Part shown: in pieces, positions 39,658-49,484 of the stretch
How positions within the stretch are numbered: position 1 is the stretch's first letter
Layout of the letters: every line of letters begins with the position of its first letter
Assembly: GCA_963720365.1 (NCBI GenBank)
Contig: CAVRFK010000017.1
Coordinates: forward strand, 210,750 to 274,749
Reading direction: 5' to 3'
Source of the DNA: an uncultured Gemmatimonadales bacterium
GTDB taxonomy: Bacteria > Gemmatimonadota > Gemmatimonadetes > Gemmatimonadales > GWC2-71-9
Length of the DNA stretch: 64,000 bases
Translations under genes and position numbers: made by a program
Notes under the pieces: model-generated
The model's input: the letters and a program-made list of their open reading frames with translations, nothing else
Databases searched by the model: none
What the model was told of the DNA's origin: nothing

Positions 39658-39779
39658 AGACTCCTGCCAGGGTTGCGGGTCCTATCGCACCGGCCACTTG
39701 GTCGTGCACCGGGGGTGCCCCGCCGGGCCCGTTCAGGTCCGGCGGTGGGGTACTTGCCCCAGGGCTCGGTGTTACAGGG

Positions 39780-40827
39780 TTACTCCGTTGCGGTGACGGT
39801 CATGATGATATCGTTGAAGTCGGGCTCGGCGCCGCCGCGGTCGGATCGGCCTCGCCGCAACCTTCGCCGTCGTCGAACTCGAGCGTCCAGGGCGGATACG
39901 CTGCCCGCCTGTAGCCGCACGACGGCGGGATAGGCTCAGGATCGTGCGAGCCCGAGATCACCTGGGCGCGAAGCGCGGTGCCGGCGGTAAACACCGCGCC
40001 GCCGTTGAGGTCGAAGCTGGTGCCCCGGCCGCGTTGCAGCCGTCGTCGAAGACGAGGTGGTCCGGATCGTCCGGCTCGGTGATGATCAGGGTGTTGCCGT
40101 CAGCCGTGCAGCCGCCGCTGGTAGGTGACCTCGACGGCGGCCGTCGCGGCGTTGGTCAGGGTCAGGTCGCACTCGACTGTTCCCGAGGCCGTCGTCACAC
40201 GTGGTCTGCGCCGGCGGAGCCACGGCGACGGTCTTGGTGACGGTGCCGGTGCCGCCGTCGTCGTCGGTGACGGTGAGCGTCACGTCGAAGTCGGTCAGCT
40301 CGGTGACGCCGGCGTAGGGTGCACCGGGGTCGGCCTCGGTCGAGGTGGCCGCATCACCGAAGTCCCAGGCGCAGGACGCGATGCGTGCCGGTCGGAGTCG
40401 GCGCTGTTGTCGGTGAACGTGCAATCTTCGGCGTTGCAGATGAAGGCGAAGTGCGGCGGTCGGATTACGTTCGACCGGTGAGTGGTGACCGTCACCTGCT
40501 GGGTCACGCTGTTGGTGGCGTCGGCGGCGTCGGTCACCGTCAGCTCCACATCGTACGTGCCCGCGGCGCTGAAGGTGTGCGCCGGGCTCTGCTCGTCCGA
40601 GGTGCCGTCGCCGCCGAAATCCCAACTCCACGTGATTCGATATCGTCATTGCCATCCGGATCGGTACTGCCGTCCGTGAACGTGCAGGCGAGCGCGTTGC
40701 AATTGAAGGTGAACGCCGCGACCGGATCCTCATTGGTCGGTTCCCCGCCGCCGCCGTTGTCGTCGCCGCAGGCCGCAGCCAGAGCCAGCGCCGCCACGAA
40801 ACACACATTCCGATGGAACGATCGCAT
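39780..40827 (-). pseudogene. Paralog of the 38667-39657 PKD lipoprotein, readable only across about six frame changes
   Basis: MRSFHRNVCFVAALALAAACGDD is the lipobox. Pieces in three frames are CNALACTFTDGSTDPDGNDDIE; ITWSWDFGGDGTSDEQSPAHTFSAAGTYDVELTVTD; CNAEDCTFTDNSADSD; IASCAWDFGDAATS...VTLTVTDDDGG; TVECDLTLTN; GGCTADGNTLIITEPDD...FDDGCNAAG; GTSFDLNGG...PPWTLEFDDGEGCGEADP; AEPDFNDIIMTVTATE-stop (39780-39782). Confidence 0.55.
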
Positions 40828-41130
40828 AGTGGTGATCCAGCCTCAGATGAGAGTCAGGAGTGTGGACCGGCCGCATGGCCGACCCCGGGGCGCGCCGGGT
40901 GCAAGAGACCTGCCACCCGTCGATCGTCAACTCTTCAAACAGTGCCGAAAATTGCAATGATGTGCGTCACAATGTCATACCTTGCGTGTGTGAGAAAAAC
41001 AGTCACATGTGCGAGTGACCCACAGGTGTAGCGGATCAGCCATAATATGCAAGGGACCGGGAGCGCCTCGGCACCGGAGCCGGACCGTTGACGTAACCCT
41101 GTGGTGGTGGCTAGGTTTGCCGGCTCGGAT

Positions 41131-42084
<954 letters not shown>

Positions 42085-42089
42085 ACGAG

Positions 42090-42148
42090 TGTCATCCGAG
42101 TGGACGAAGGAGCCGAACCACGGCTCGCTACTCTCCCTCAGGATGACA
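42090..42148. repeat. Degenerate member of the TGTCAYCC..GAGCG..GAAGG palindromic repeat family
   Basis: The left arm TGTCATCCGAGTGGACGAAGGAGCC faces GGCTCGCTACTCTCCCTCAGGATGACA. The element lies in the prs-ctc intergenic gap. Confidence 0.65.
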
Positions 42149-42179
42149 ACTAAGAACGAAGTCTTTCCGGAGCAGAGTC

Positions 42180-42863
42180 ATGGCCCAGCAAGCGAACCTC
42201 CAGGCTGCCACCCGCACCGACACCGGCAAGGGTGCCGCCCGCAGCCTCCGCCGCGATGGCAAGGTGCCCGGCGTGATCTACGGGCACGGCCGCACGCCCG
42301 AGGCGCTCACCGTGGACACCAACGCGCTGAACAAGATGCTGATCGGCATCAGCGCCGCGACGACCATCGTGGACGTGGCCATTGACGGCCGCGCGCCGGT
42401 GAAGGCGCTGATCCGCGAGATCCAGCGCGACGCGCTCCGCCCGGCGCAGATCCTCCACCTCGACTTGTACGAGGTGCAGGCCGACGAGACGATCACCCTC
42501 GAGGTGCCCATCCACCTCATCGGCATCCCCGACGGCGTCCGCAACTTCGGCGGCGTGCTCGACCACGTGCTCCGCGACCTGGAGATCGAGGTCCTGCCGG
42601 CCGACATCCCGGACCACGTCGAGCTCGACGTCACCGCCCTCACCATCGGGCACTCGCTCTTCGTGCGCGACATTCAGATCGCGAAGTTCCAGGTCCTCAA
42701 CGACCCGGACACGCCGGTCTGCACCGTCGTGGCCCCGCGCGCCGAGGAGGCGCCTGCGGTCGTGGAAGAGGTGGCCACGGCCGAGCCGGAGCTCATCCGC
42801 AAGCCGAAGGCCGAGGATGAGGGCGAGGGCGAGGAGCAGGGCGGGACCAAACCGAAAGCCTGA
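42180..42863 (+). CDS. rplY: 50S ribosomal protein L25 / general stress protein Ctc
   Basis: 227-aa ORF: RTDTGKGAARSLRRDGKVPGVIYGHG...VKALIREIQRD.. with an acidic C-terminal extension. Confidence 0.9.
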   Translation: MAQQANLQAATRTDTGKGAARSLRRDGKVPGVIYGHGRTPEALTVDTNALNKMLIGISAATTIVDVAIDGRAPVKALIREIQRDALRPAQILHLDLYEVQADETITLEVPIHLIGIPDGVRNFGGVLDHVLRDLEIEVLPADIPDHVELDVTALTIGHSLFVRDIQIAKFQVLNDPDTPVCTVVAPRAEEAPAVVEEVATAEPELIRKPKAEDEGEGEEQGGTKPKA

Positions 42864-42878
42864 CCGCTGCGCACTATC

Positions 42879-43460
42879 GTGGGGCTGGGGAATCCCGGCC
42901 CGGAGTACATCGAGACCCGGCACAACGCCGGGTTTCGCCTGGCGGACCACCTGATCGCCCGCTGGCGGCTGCCCTCGCTGCGCCGCGGCGACCGGGCCCG
43001 CGCCTCGGAAGGATCCTGGAACGGACATCCGGTCCGGGTGCTGGAGCCGCAGACCTACATGAACCGGAGCGGCGCCGCGATCACGCCGCTGCTGTCCCTG
43101 CCCGACTTCGATCCCAGTCGCGACCTCCTGATCCTGGTGGACGACGTGGCCCTGCCGATGGGCCGATTCCGCTTGCGCGGGGCCGGGACGGCGGGCGGGC
43201 ACAACGGGCTCAAGAGCGTGGAGGGCTCGCTCCGGCGGCAGGACTATGCCCGACTCAGGATCGGCGTGGGTCCCCTGCCACCCGGCCTCGATGGGCTGAG
43301 CGACTACGTCCTCGACGCCTTCTCCCGGGAGGATCGGGACATCCTCGACGCGATGCTCGACCCGATGGCGGACGCCGTCGAAACCTGGGTGGAGGATGGC
43401 ATCGAGCAGGCCATGGCGCGGCACAACCGCCGCGCAGACGTCTCCCCATCGGATAGCTGA
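42879..43460 (+). CDS. pth: Peptidyl-tRNA hydrolase
   Basis: IVGLGNPGPEYIETRHNAGF...RLRGAGTAGGHNGLKS. The true start may lie a few codons upstream, at a non-ATG codon. Confidence 0.9.
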   Translation: MGLGNPGPEYIETRHNAGFRLADHLIARWRLPSLRRGDRARASEGSWNGHPVRVLEPQTYMNRSGAAITPLLSLPDFDPSRDLLILVDDVALPMGRFRLRGAGTAGGHNGLKSVEGSLRRQDYARLRIGVGPLPPGLDGLSDYVLDAFSREDRDILDAMLDPMADAVETWVEDGIEQAMARHNRRADVSPSDS

Positions 43461-43471
43461 CCCGCCTCACC

Positions 43472-44569
43472 ATGCTTCGACTCGGCATCGTCGGTCTTCC
43501 CAACGTCGGCAAGAGCACCCTCTTCAACGCCCTTACTTCGGCGGGTGCGCTGGTGGCGAACTATCCCTTCGCCACCATCGAGCCCAATACCGGCATCGTG
43601 CAGGTGCCCGACCCGCGGCTCGACGTGCTCGCGGGCATCGTCACGCCGGAGCGGACGGTGCCGGCGGCGGTGGAGTTCGTGGACATCGCCGGACTGGTCA
43701 AGGGCGCCAGCGAGGGTGAAGGACTCGGCAACCAGTTCCTCGCCAACATCCGCGAGGTGGACGCCATCGTGCACGTGGTGCGCTGCTTCGAGGATCCCGA
43801 CGTGCAGCACGTGGTCGGCGCGGTGGATCCGGCCCGCGACCGCGAGATCATCAACATCGAGCTGGGCCTCGCGGACCTCGCCAGCGTGGAGAAACGGCTC
43901 GACAAGACCACCCGCACCGCGCGCTCCGGCGATCCCCAGGCGAAGCTCGAGCAGCGGCTCCTGGAGCAGGTGCGCGATGCCCTCGCCGCCGGACGGCCGG
44001 CCCGTTCGGTCACGCCGATCGCGGAGGAGCTGCCCGCGTTCCGCGGGTTCAACCTTCTCACGGCGAAACCGGTGCTCTACGCCGCCAACGTCGGCGAGGA
44101 CGAGATCACGGGCGGAAACGCCGCGGTCACGGCGCTGGGCGCCGCGGTCGGGCGCGACGGCGAGGACGCGGAGGTCGTGACCTTCTCCGCGAAAGTGGAG
44201 GCGGAGCTGGCCGAGCTGGCGCAGGAAGACCGGAAGGAATTCCTCGATTCGCTCGGCGTGAGCGAGTCCGGCCTCGACCGGCTGGCCCACGCCGCGTACC
44301 ACCTGCTCGGCCTGCAGAGCTACTTCACGGCGGGCGAGAAGGAAGTCCGGGCCTGGACCATCCACCGAGGCGACAAGGCGCCGGCCGCGGCGGGCGTGAT
44401 CCACTCCGATTTCGAGAAGGGATTCATCCGCGCGGAGACCGTCGCTTACGACGATTTCGTTCGGGTCGGCGGATGGAAGCCCGCCCGCGAGCAGGGACTC
44501 TCACGCGCCGAGGGCAAGGAATACGTGGTGCAGGACGGCGACGTGCTGCTCTTCCGGTTCAGCTCCTGA
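43472..44569 (+). CDS. ychF: Redox-regulated ATPase YchF
   Basis: 365-aa ORF: LGIVGLPNVGKSTLFNALT...FVDIAGLVKGASEGEGLGNQFLANIREVDAIVHVVRCF... Confidence 0.95.
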   Translation: MLRLGIVGLPNVGKSTLFNALTSAGALVANYPFATIEPNTGIVQVPDPRLDVLAGIVTPERTVPAAVEFVDIAGLVKGASEGEGLGNQFLANIREVDAIVHVVRCFEDPDVQHVVGAVDPARDREIINIELGLADLASVEKRLDKTTRTARSGDPQAKLEQRLLEQVRDALAAGRPARSVTPIAEELPAFRGFNLLTAKPVLYAANVGEDEITGGNAAVTALGAAVGRDGEDAEVVTFSAKVEAELAELAQEDRKEFLDSLGVSESGLDRLAHAAYHLLGLQSYFTAGEKEVRAWTIHRGDKAPAAAGVIHSDFEKGFIRAETVAYDDFVRVGGWKPAREQGLSRAEGKEYVVQDGDVLLFRFSS

Positions 44570-45225
44570 TGCGCCTCGTCTCCGTGCAGGTGGGCACGCC
44601 GATCACTGTCGGCAACCCGGACGCGGAGGATCGGATGGAGCGCGCGTTCACCAGCGCCATCTGGAAGGCCCCGGTGAGCGGAACGGTTCTGGCCGGCCGC
44701 CTCGGGCTCAGCGGCGACGCGGTGGCGAACACCAAGGTTCACGGCGGTCCGGACCAGGCCCTGCTCATGTACGCGGCGGCGCACTATCCGGCCTGGGAGG
44801 CGGAGCTGGGCCGTCCGATGGGTCCCGGGGCCTTCGGCGAGAACCTGACGGTGGACGGACTGGACGAGGACTCGACCTGCATCGGCGACGTGGTCGACCT
44901 GGGTGCCGTGACGCTGCAGGTGACCCAGCCGCGGCAGCCCTGCGCCACCCTGGCGCGCCGCCATCAAGTGCCGGACATGATCGCGATCGTCCGGCAGAAC
45001 GGGCGGAGCGGGTGGTATCTCCGCGTGCTCGCGGGCGGTCCGGTCGAGGCGGGCCAGGCCATTCGGCTGGCCGAACGCCCCAACCCCGCCTGGACCGTGC
45101 GGCGCGCCGCCCACGCCTACATGGCCCGCGAGCGCAATCCGGCCGATGCCATGGAGCTGAGCGCCTGCGTTGGGCTGTCGGAGGGGTGGAAGACCCGTCT
45201 GTCGCAGCTGCGCCTCCCGCTCTGA
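44569..45225 (+). CDS. MOSC domain-containing protein (YiiM-like)
   Basis: ATG at 44569 overlaps the ychF stop (TGATG). Sequence: MRLVSVQVGTP...VHGGPDQALLMY...GAFGENLTVDGL...LQVTQPRQPC. Confidence 0.8.
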   Translation: MRLVSVQVGTPITVGNPDAEDRMERAFTSAIWKAPVSGTVLAGRLGLSGDAVANTKVHGGPDQALLMYAAAHYPAWEAELGRPMGPGAFGENLTVDGLDEDSTCIGDVVDLGAVTLQVTQPRQPCATLARRHQVPDMIAIVRQNGRSGWYLRVLAGGPVEAGQAIRLAERPNPAWTVRRAAHAYMARERNPADAMELSACVGLSEGWKTRLSQLRLPL

Positions 45226-45330
45226 ACGCCCTACCGCCACCCTCGTTTCCCGCCTATACTACGCCCCTCACAACCATCCTCCCCGGCGCCCACACCAGGC
45301 CCGAGGCGACTCAGACCGAAGGAAGGTGTC

Positions 45331-45672
45331 ATGACCCGTCAGTACGAGGTCGTCTATATCTTCGATAGTGCGCTCGAAGAGGCGACCATCAACGAGCGCC
45401 TCGCGCGCTTCAATACCCTCATCCAGCAGCCGGACGTCGAGCCTCCCCAGATGAACCACTGGGGCAAGCGCACCCTCGCCTATCCCATCAAGAAGCACGA
45501 GACCGGCTACTACGTCGTCGCCAAGTTCGACGCCGCGGCCACCGCGTTGCCCGAGTTCGAGCGCGCCATCAAGCTCGACGACGGCGTGCTCCGCTTCCTG
45601 GTGGTGGTGAACGAAGGGGCCCAGCCGGTTCCCGTCACCGCGGGCAAGACCGATGAGGAGGACGACGAATGA
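45331..45672 (+). CDS. rpsF: 30S ribosomal protein S6
   Basis: [17 protein letters not shown]...[20 protein letters not shown]. Confidence 0.95.
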   Translation: MTRQYEVVYIFDSALEEATINERLARFNTLIQQPDVEPPQMNHWGKRTLAYPIKKHETGYYVVAKFDAAATALPEFERAIKLDDGVLRFLVVVNEGAQPVPVTAGKTDEEDDE

Positions 45673-45890
45673 GGCGGCCACAGAAGACGTGCGCCATCTG
45701 CGAGTCGGGCGTGCGCGTGGTGGACTACAAGGACGAGCGGACGCTGTCCCGCTTCCTGACCGAGCGCGGGAAGATCCTCCCGAGCCGGCTCTCGGGTACC
45801 TGCGCCCGCCATCAGCGGCAGCTCAGCACGGCGATCAAGCGGGCTCGGCAGCTCGCGCTGCTGCCCTACATCAAGGGTTTCACCGGCTGA
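45669..45890 (+). CDS. rpsR: 30S ribosomal protein S18
   Basis: [50 protein letters not shown]. Confidence 0.95.
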   Translation: MRRPQKTCAICESGVRVVDYKDERTLSRFLTERGKILPSRLSGTCARHQRQLSTAIKRARQLALLPYIKGFTG

Positions 45891-45892
45891 TC

Positions 45893-46813
45893 GTGGCCGA
45901 GCAGGTGAACGGCCCGGCCGGACGGCGCTGGGGCCAGGTCCTGGCGCTGGCCGGGTTTCTCCTGCTCGCGCCACCCATGTTCCTGTTCGGCCCGCTGGCC
46001 GCGCTGTTGTTGGTCTCGCGGCCGGCAACCGCCCGGGAGTGGGTCTGGCTGGCAGGCGCGCTCGCGTGGTCGGGCCTCTGGCTCGTGCAGGGTGGCGGTC
46101 TGGGCGGCCAGTTTGCCCGGGCGGCCGCGGTCCTGGTTTCGGGGAGCTTCCTGGCGCTCACCCTCTGGCGGCCGTCGAACCGGGTCTCCCAGGCGCTCGC
46201 CGCCACCGGCGGCGCCGCCGTGGCGCTGGCGGTGTGGATGTACGGCCTGGGGCTCCGGTGGAGCGCGCTCCGGTCCGCGGTCGAGATCGAGCTGGCCTCG
46301 GTGCAGCGGGCGATGCGGGCGAACTGGCCGGCGCTGGTCGGACCGACCGAAATGTCCACCCAGATGTCCGCGATGGCGGACACGGTGTCCTTTCTGTACC
46401 CCGCCCTGCTCGCGATCTCGGCGATCGCCGGTCTCCGGCTGGCCTGGGCTTGGTACCACCGGATCGCCGGGCATCCGGTCGGCGCGCCGCCGACGCCGTT
46501 CGTCGCCTTCACCTTCAGCGACCAGCTCGTCTGGGGCTGGGTGATCGGCCTCGCGCTGGCCCTGGTGCCGGAACCGGAGACGGTCCGCCTGGCCGGCGCC
46601 AATGTCCTGCTGCTCTGGGGCGCGCTCTACGCCACCCGTGGCCTGGCGGTATTCGTCTCCGGGGCGCGGCGGACCCCGGCGTCGGTCCTGGCGGCGCTGG
46701 CCCTGGTGACGCTGATCCTGCTGCCGTTCGTTCTATGCGGGCTGACGATGGTCGGCCTCGCCGATACCTGGCTAGATTTCCGGCGTCGGTTGACGCCGTC
46801 TCCCGGAGGGTAA
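45893..46813 (+). CDS. Polytopic membrane protein between rpsR and rplI (possibly DUF2232/YybS-like, judged by position only)
   Basis: GTG at 45893 within ORF 45653..46813. The product has multiple hydrophobic segments (LALAGFLLLAPPMFLFGPLAALLLV etc.). Confidence 0.55.
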   Translation: MAEQVNGPAGRRWGQVLALAGFLLLAPPMFLFGPLAALLLVSRPATAREWVWLAGALAWSGLWLVQGGGLGGQFARAAAVLVSGSFLALTLWRPSNRVSQALAATGGAAVALAVWMYGLGLRWSALRSAVEIELASVQRAMRANWPALVGPTEMSTQMSAMADTVSFLYPALLAISAIAGLRLAWAWYHRIAGHPVGAPPTPFVAFTFSDQLVWGWVIGLALALVPEPETVRLAGANVLLLWGALYATRGLAVFVSGARRTPASVLAALALVTLILLPFVLCGLTMVGLADTWLDFRRRLTPSPGG

Positions 46814-46818
46814 GACCG

Positions 46819-47265
46819 ATGATCGAAGTGATCCTGCGCGAAGACATCAAGACCCTCGGCAAAGCCGGCGAGATGGTCCGGGTGAAGCCGGGGTACGCCC
46901 GCAACTATCTCCTGCCGCATGGGCTCGCCTACGAGGCCACCGAAGGCAACAAGAAGCGGATCGCGGCCGAGACCAGGGCGCGGGGCGCCCGGAGCGCCGC
47001 CGAGAAGGTCGAGGCGGAGAAGGCCGCCGCCACCCTGTCCGCGGTGACGCTCACGATTCCGGGCAAGGCCGGCGAGGAAGGCAAGCTGTTCGGCTCGGTC
47101 ACCGCGCAGGACGTGGCCGACGCGCTCGGGCGCCAGGGACATCAGATGGACCGCCGGCGCATCGAGCTGGATCATCCCATCAAGTCGCTGGGCGATCACA
47201 CGGTGTCCATCCGGCTCCATCCCGAGGTGCACGCGGAGGTGCGGGTTTCCGTCGTCGCCGAGTGA
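46819..47265 (+). CDS. rplI: 50S ribosomal protein L9
   Basis: MIEVILREDIKTLGKAGEMVRVKPGYARNYLLPHGLA... Confidence 0.95.
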   Translation: MIEVILREDIKTLGKAGEMVRVKPGYARNYLLPHGLAYEATEGNKKRIAAETRARGARSAAEKVEAEKAAATLSAVTLTIPGKAGEEGKLFGSVTAQDVADALGRQGHQMDRRRIELDHPIKSLGDHTVSIRLHPEVHAEVRVSVVAE

Positions 47266-47275
47266 TCTCGATCGC

Positions 47276-49126
47276 ATGAGCGTGGGGATCGCCTATCTCG
47301 ACGGTCCCCGCCTGGCGCGATCGGTCTTCGCCGCCGCCGACTGGGTGGCCGCGGGCCGGGAAGAGATCAACCGCATCAACGTCTTCCCCGTCCCCGACGG
47401 CGATACCGGCACCAACTTCAGCCTCACCCTTCGCGCCGTCGCCGACGCCCTCCGGGCGCTCGGCGACGCGCCGCTTCCGGAGACGGGCCGCACGATGGCG
47501 CGCGCCGCCGTGCTCGGTGCCCGGGGCAACTCCGGGATGCTGCTCGCCCACTTTCTGCTGGGCTTCAGCGACGCGCTCGGCGACCGCCGTACCGCGACCG
47601 CGGGCGACATCGCGCAGGCACTCCGTGCCGGGTCGGACCGCCTCTACACCTCGCTCGACGATCCCCGGGAAGGCACCATCCTCACCGTCGCGCGCGAGGC
47701 GGCCGATGCCGCCGCCCGCGCGGCCGCCGATTCCCCCGATATCGTGGCGTTCATGCACCGGCTACTCGCGGAGGGCGAGGCGGCGCTCGCCCGGACGCCC
47801 GAGCTGATGGCCGCGCTGCGGGACGCCGGCGTGGTGGACGCCGGCGGCAAGGGATTCGTCCGCATGATCGAGGGGGTCGTGCGCTACATCGAGGGCGATC
47901 CCATCCTTCCGGTGACGGACGCCGACGCGGGCGCAGGCGACGCGCCGGCCGCGCTGGTGGAGGTCGCGGCCGAGCGCGACTTCCAGTACTGCACGGAGGT
48001 TCTCGTTCGCGGGGAGAACCTCCCGCCGGCCAACGAGGTCCGGGCGGCGATGCATACCTTCGGCGGCTCGGTCGTCGTCGCGGCGGCCGGCGATATCCTC
48101 AAGGTCCATGTGCACACCGACAGCCCCGAGGCCGTCTTTAGCTATGCGGCACGCTGGGGCCGAGTGGAGACCACCAAGGCGGACGACATGCGGGCCCAGC
48201 ACCGCCGCCTGGTCCACGCGGAGCGGCGCGCCGTCGCCCTGGTCACCGACTCCTCGGCCGACCTGCCGGACCCGGTGCTCGACCGCCATCACATCGCGCT
48301 GGTCCCGCTGCAGGTGGTCTTCGGCAACGAGACGTTCCGCGACCGGGTGGAGCTCAAGCCGGAGGAGTTCTATCGCCGGCTGCGCACGGCGAAGGAGCTG
48401 CCGACCACCTCGCAGCCCACGCCCGCCGACTTCGTCCGCGTACTCCGCGACGCACGAGCCGAGGCGGACGAAGTGGTCGCGGTGCTGCTCTCGTCGGTCC
48501 TGTCGGGCACGTTCGCATCGGCGCAGGCGGCGGTGAGAGCGGCGGGCATCAGCGGCGTCCACCTGGTGGACAGTCGCTCCGCGTCCCTCGGACTCGGCAT
48601 GCTCGCCCTGCGGGGCGCGGAGCTGGCGGCGTCGGGTTGGAAGGGGGCGGACATCGCCCGCGAGCTCGAGCGGATCCGGCCTCACACCGGCATGCTGCTC
48701 ACGGTGGACCGCTACGACAACCTGCTGCGGTCGGGACGGGTCTCCCGCGGACGGGCGTGGCTCGCGGGAATGCTGGACGTGAAGCCGATCCTGTCACTGG
48801 ACGCGTCGGGACGGGTCATTCCAGTGGACCGGGTGCGGGGCAAGGACAACGTCGTGCCCCGGGTGCTGGCGCTGGTGGAGCAACGTCTCACGCCGCGGCC
48901 AACCGTTGTACGATTCGGGGTGGCTCACGCCGAGGCCCCGGAGATGGCCGAGCGGGTTCGGAACGCTCTCGTGGCGGCATACCAGCCGCGGGACTGTTTC
49001 GTCACGCCGGCTACCGGTGTGCTGGCCACGCACGTCGGTCCCGGGGCCTGGGCCATCTTCTATCAGGTCGAAGACGGCCAGCCCACCGGAGAGTCGGTCG
49101 GCATGGCCGCAGGAACGGAAGAATGA
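47276..49126 (+). CDS. DhaL/DAK2 (FakA-like N-terminal + middle domains) fused to a DegV (FakB-like) fatty-acid-binding domain
   Basis: 616-aa uninterrupted ORF. INVFPVPDGDTGTNFSLT, GARGNSGMLLAHF and GTILTV are DhaL motifs. FQYCTEVLVRG...ILKVHVHTDSPE matches the YloV/FakA middle domain. VALVTDSSADLP...VPLQVVFGNETFRD...LPTTSQPTPADF...LSSVLSGTFASA...LLRSGRVS...LDVKPIL are DegV motifs. Confidence 0.8.
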   Translation: MSVGIAYLDGPRLARSVFAAADWVAAGREEINRINVFPVPDGDTGTNFSLTLRAVADALRALGDAPLPETGRTMARAAVLGARGNSGMLLAHFLLGFSDALGDRRTATAGDIAQALRAGSDRLYTSLDDPREGTILTVAREAADAAARAAADSPDIVAFMHRLLAEGEAALARTPELMAALRDAGVVDAGGKGFVRMIEGVVRYIEGDPILPVTDADAGAGDAPAALVEVAAERDFQYCTEVLVRGENLPPANEVRAAMHTFGGSVVVAAAGDILKVHVHTDSPEAVFSYAARWGRVETTKADDMRAQHRRLVHAERRAVALVTDSSADLPDPVLDRHHIALVPLQVVFGNETFRDRVELKPEEFYRRLRTAKELPTTSQPTPADFVRVLRDARAEADEVVAVLLSSVLSGTFASAQAAVRAAGISGVHLVDSRSASLGLGMLALRGAELAASGWKGADIARELERIRPHTGMLLTVDRYDNLLRSGRVSRGRAWLAGMLDVKPILSLDASGRVIPVDRVRGKDNVVPRVLALVEQRLTPRPTVVRFGVAHAEAPEMAERVRNALVAAYQPRDCFVTPATGVLATHVGPGAWAIFYQVEDGQPTGESVGMAAGTEE

Positions 49127-49473
49127 CGCAGACACCAGAGGCGCTCCGCTTCGCGCTGGATGCCATACAGGATCTGAAGGCGAATGAGCTCGTGGTACTC
49201 GATTTGCGAGGGCTCACCGATGCGACGGACTATTTCATCATCGCATCGGGCACCTCCGATGCGCACGTCCGCGGCATCGCGGAGTCGGTCATCGAGAAGC
49301 TCGGACGCCGGGGGCACCGTACCCACCACGTCGAAGGCCTGACCGGCGGCCGCTGGGTGCTCCTCGATTTCGTGGATTTCGTGATTCACTTGTTCCACCC
49401 GGAGACGCGTTCCTACTATAAGCTCGAGCGTCTCTGGGATGATGCACCGGAGTTGTTGATCAGCTCCACCTGA
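49123..49473 (+). CDS. rsfS: Ribosome silencing factor
   Basis: ATG at 49123 overlaps the upstream stop (ATGA). Sequence: ...DLKANELVVLDLRGLTDATDYFIIASGTSDAHVRGIA...WVLLDFVDFVIHLFHPETRSYYKLERLW. Confidence 0.9.
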   Translation: MTQTPEALRFALDAIQDLKANELVVLDLRGLTDATDYFIIASGTSDAHVRGIAESVIEKLGRRGHRTHHVEGLTGGRWVLLDFVDFVIHLFHPETRSYYKLERLWDDAPELLISST

Positions 49474-49484
49474 CAGAGGTTCCC

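Noticed and set aside
40920-41060. Lower-GC stretch with short inverted repeats (for example GTCACATGTGCGAGTGAC) upstream of prs, possibly an operator or sRNA.
   Set aside because: The repeats are short (5 bp arms) and unremarkable. There is no terminator or promoter pair to define an RNA gene. It is most simply the divergent promoter region of prs and the PKD lipoprotein gene.
28998-41130. tRNA-Gln-adjacent block as an integrated mobile genomic island.
   Set aside because: I saw no integrase, recombinase, transposase or conjugation gene. I also saw no direct repeat of the tRNA 3' end at the far boundary (40828-41130). Only the position next to a tRNA and two lower-GC gaps point that way.
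45226-45330. Possible structured rpsF (S6:S18-binding) leader upstream of rpsF.
   Set aside because: Only a plausible -10-like TATACT and a purine-rich RBS are visible. I could not identify a convincing conserved structure by eye. A covariance-model search would be needed.
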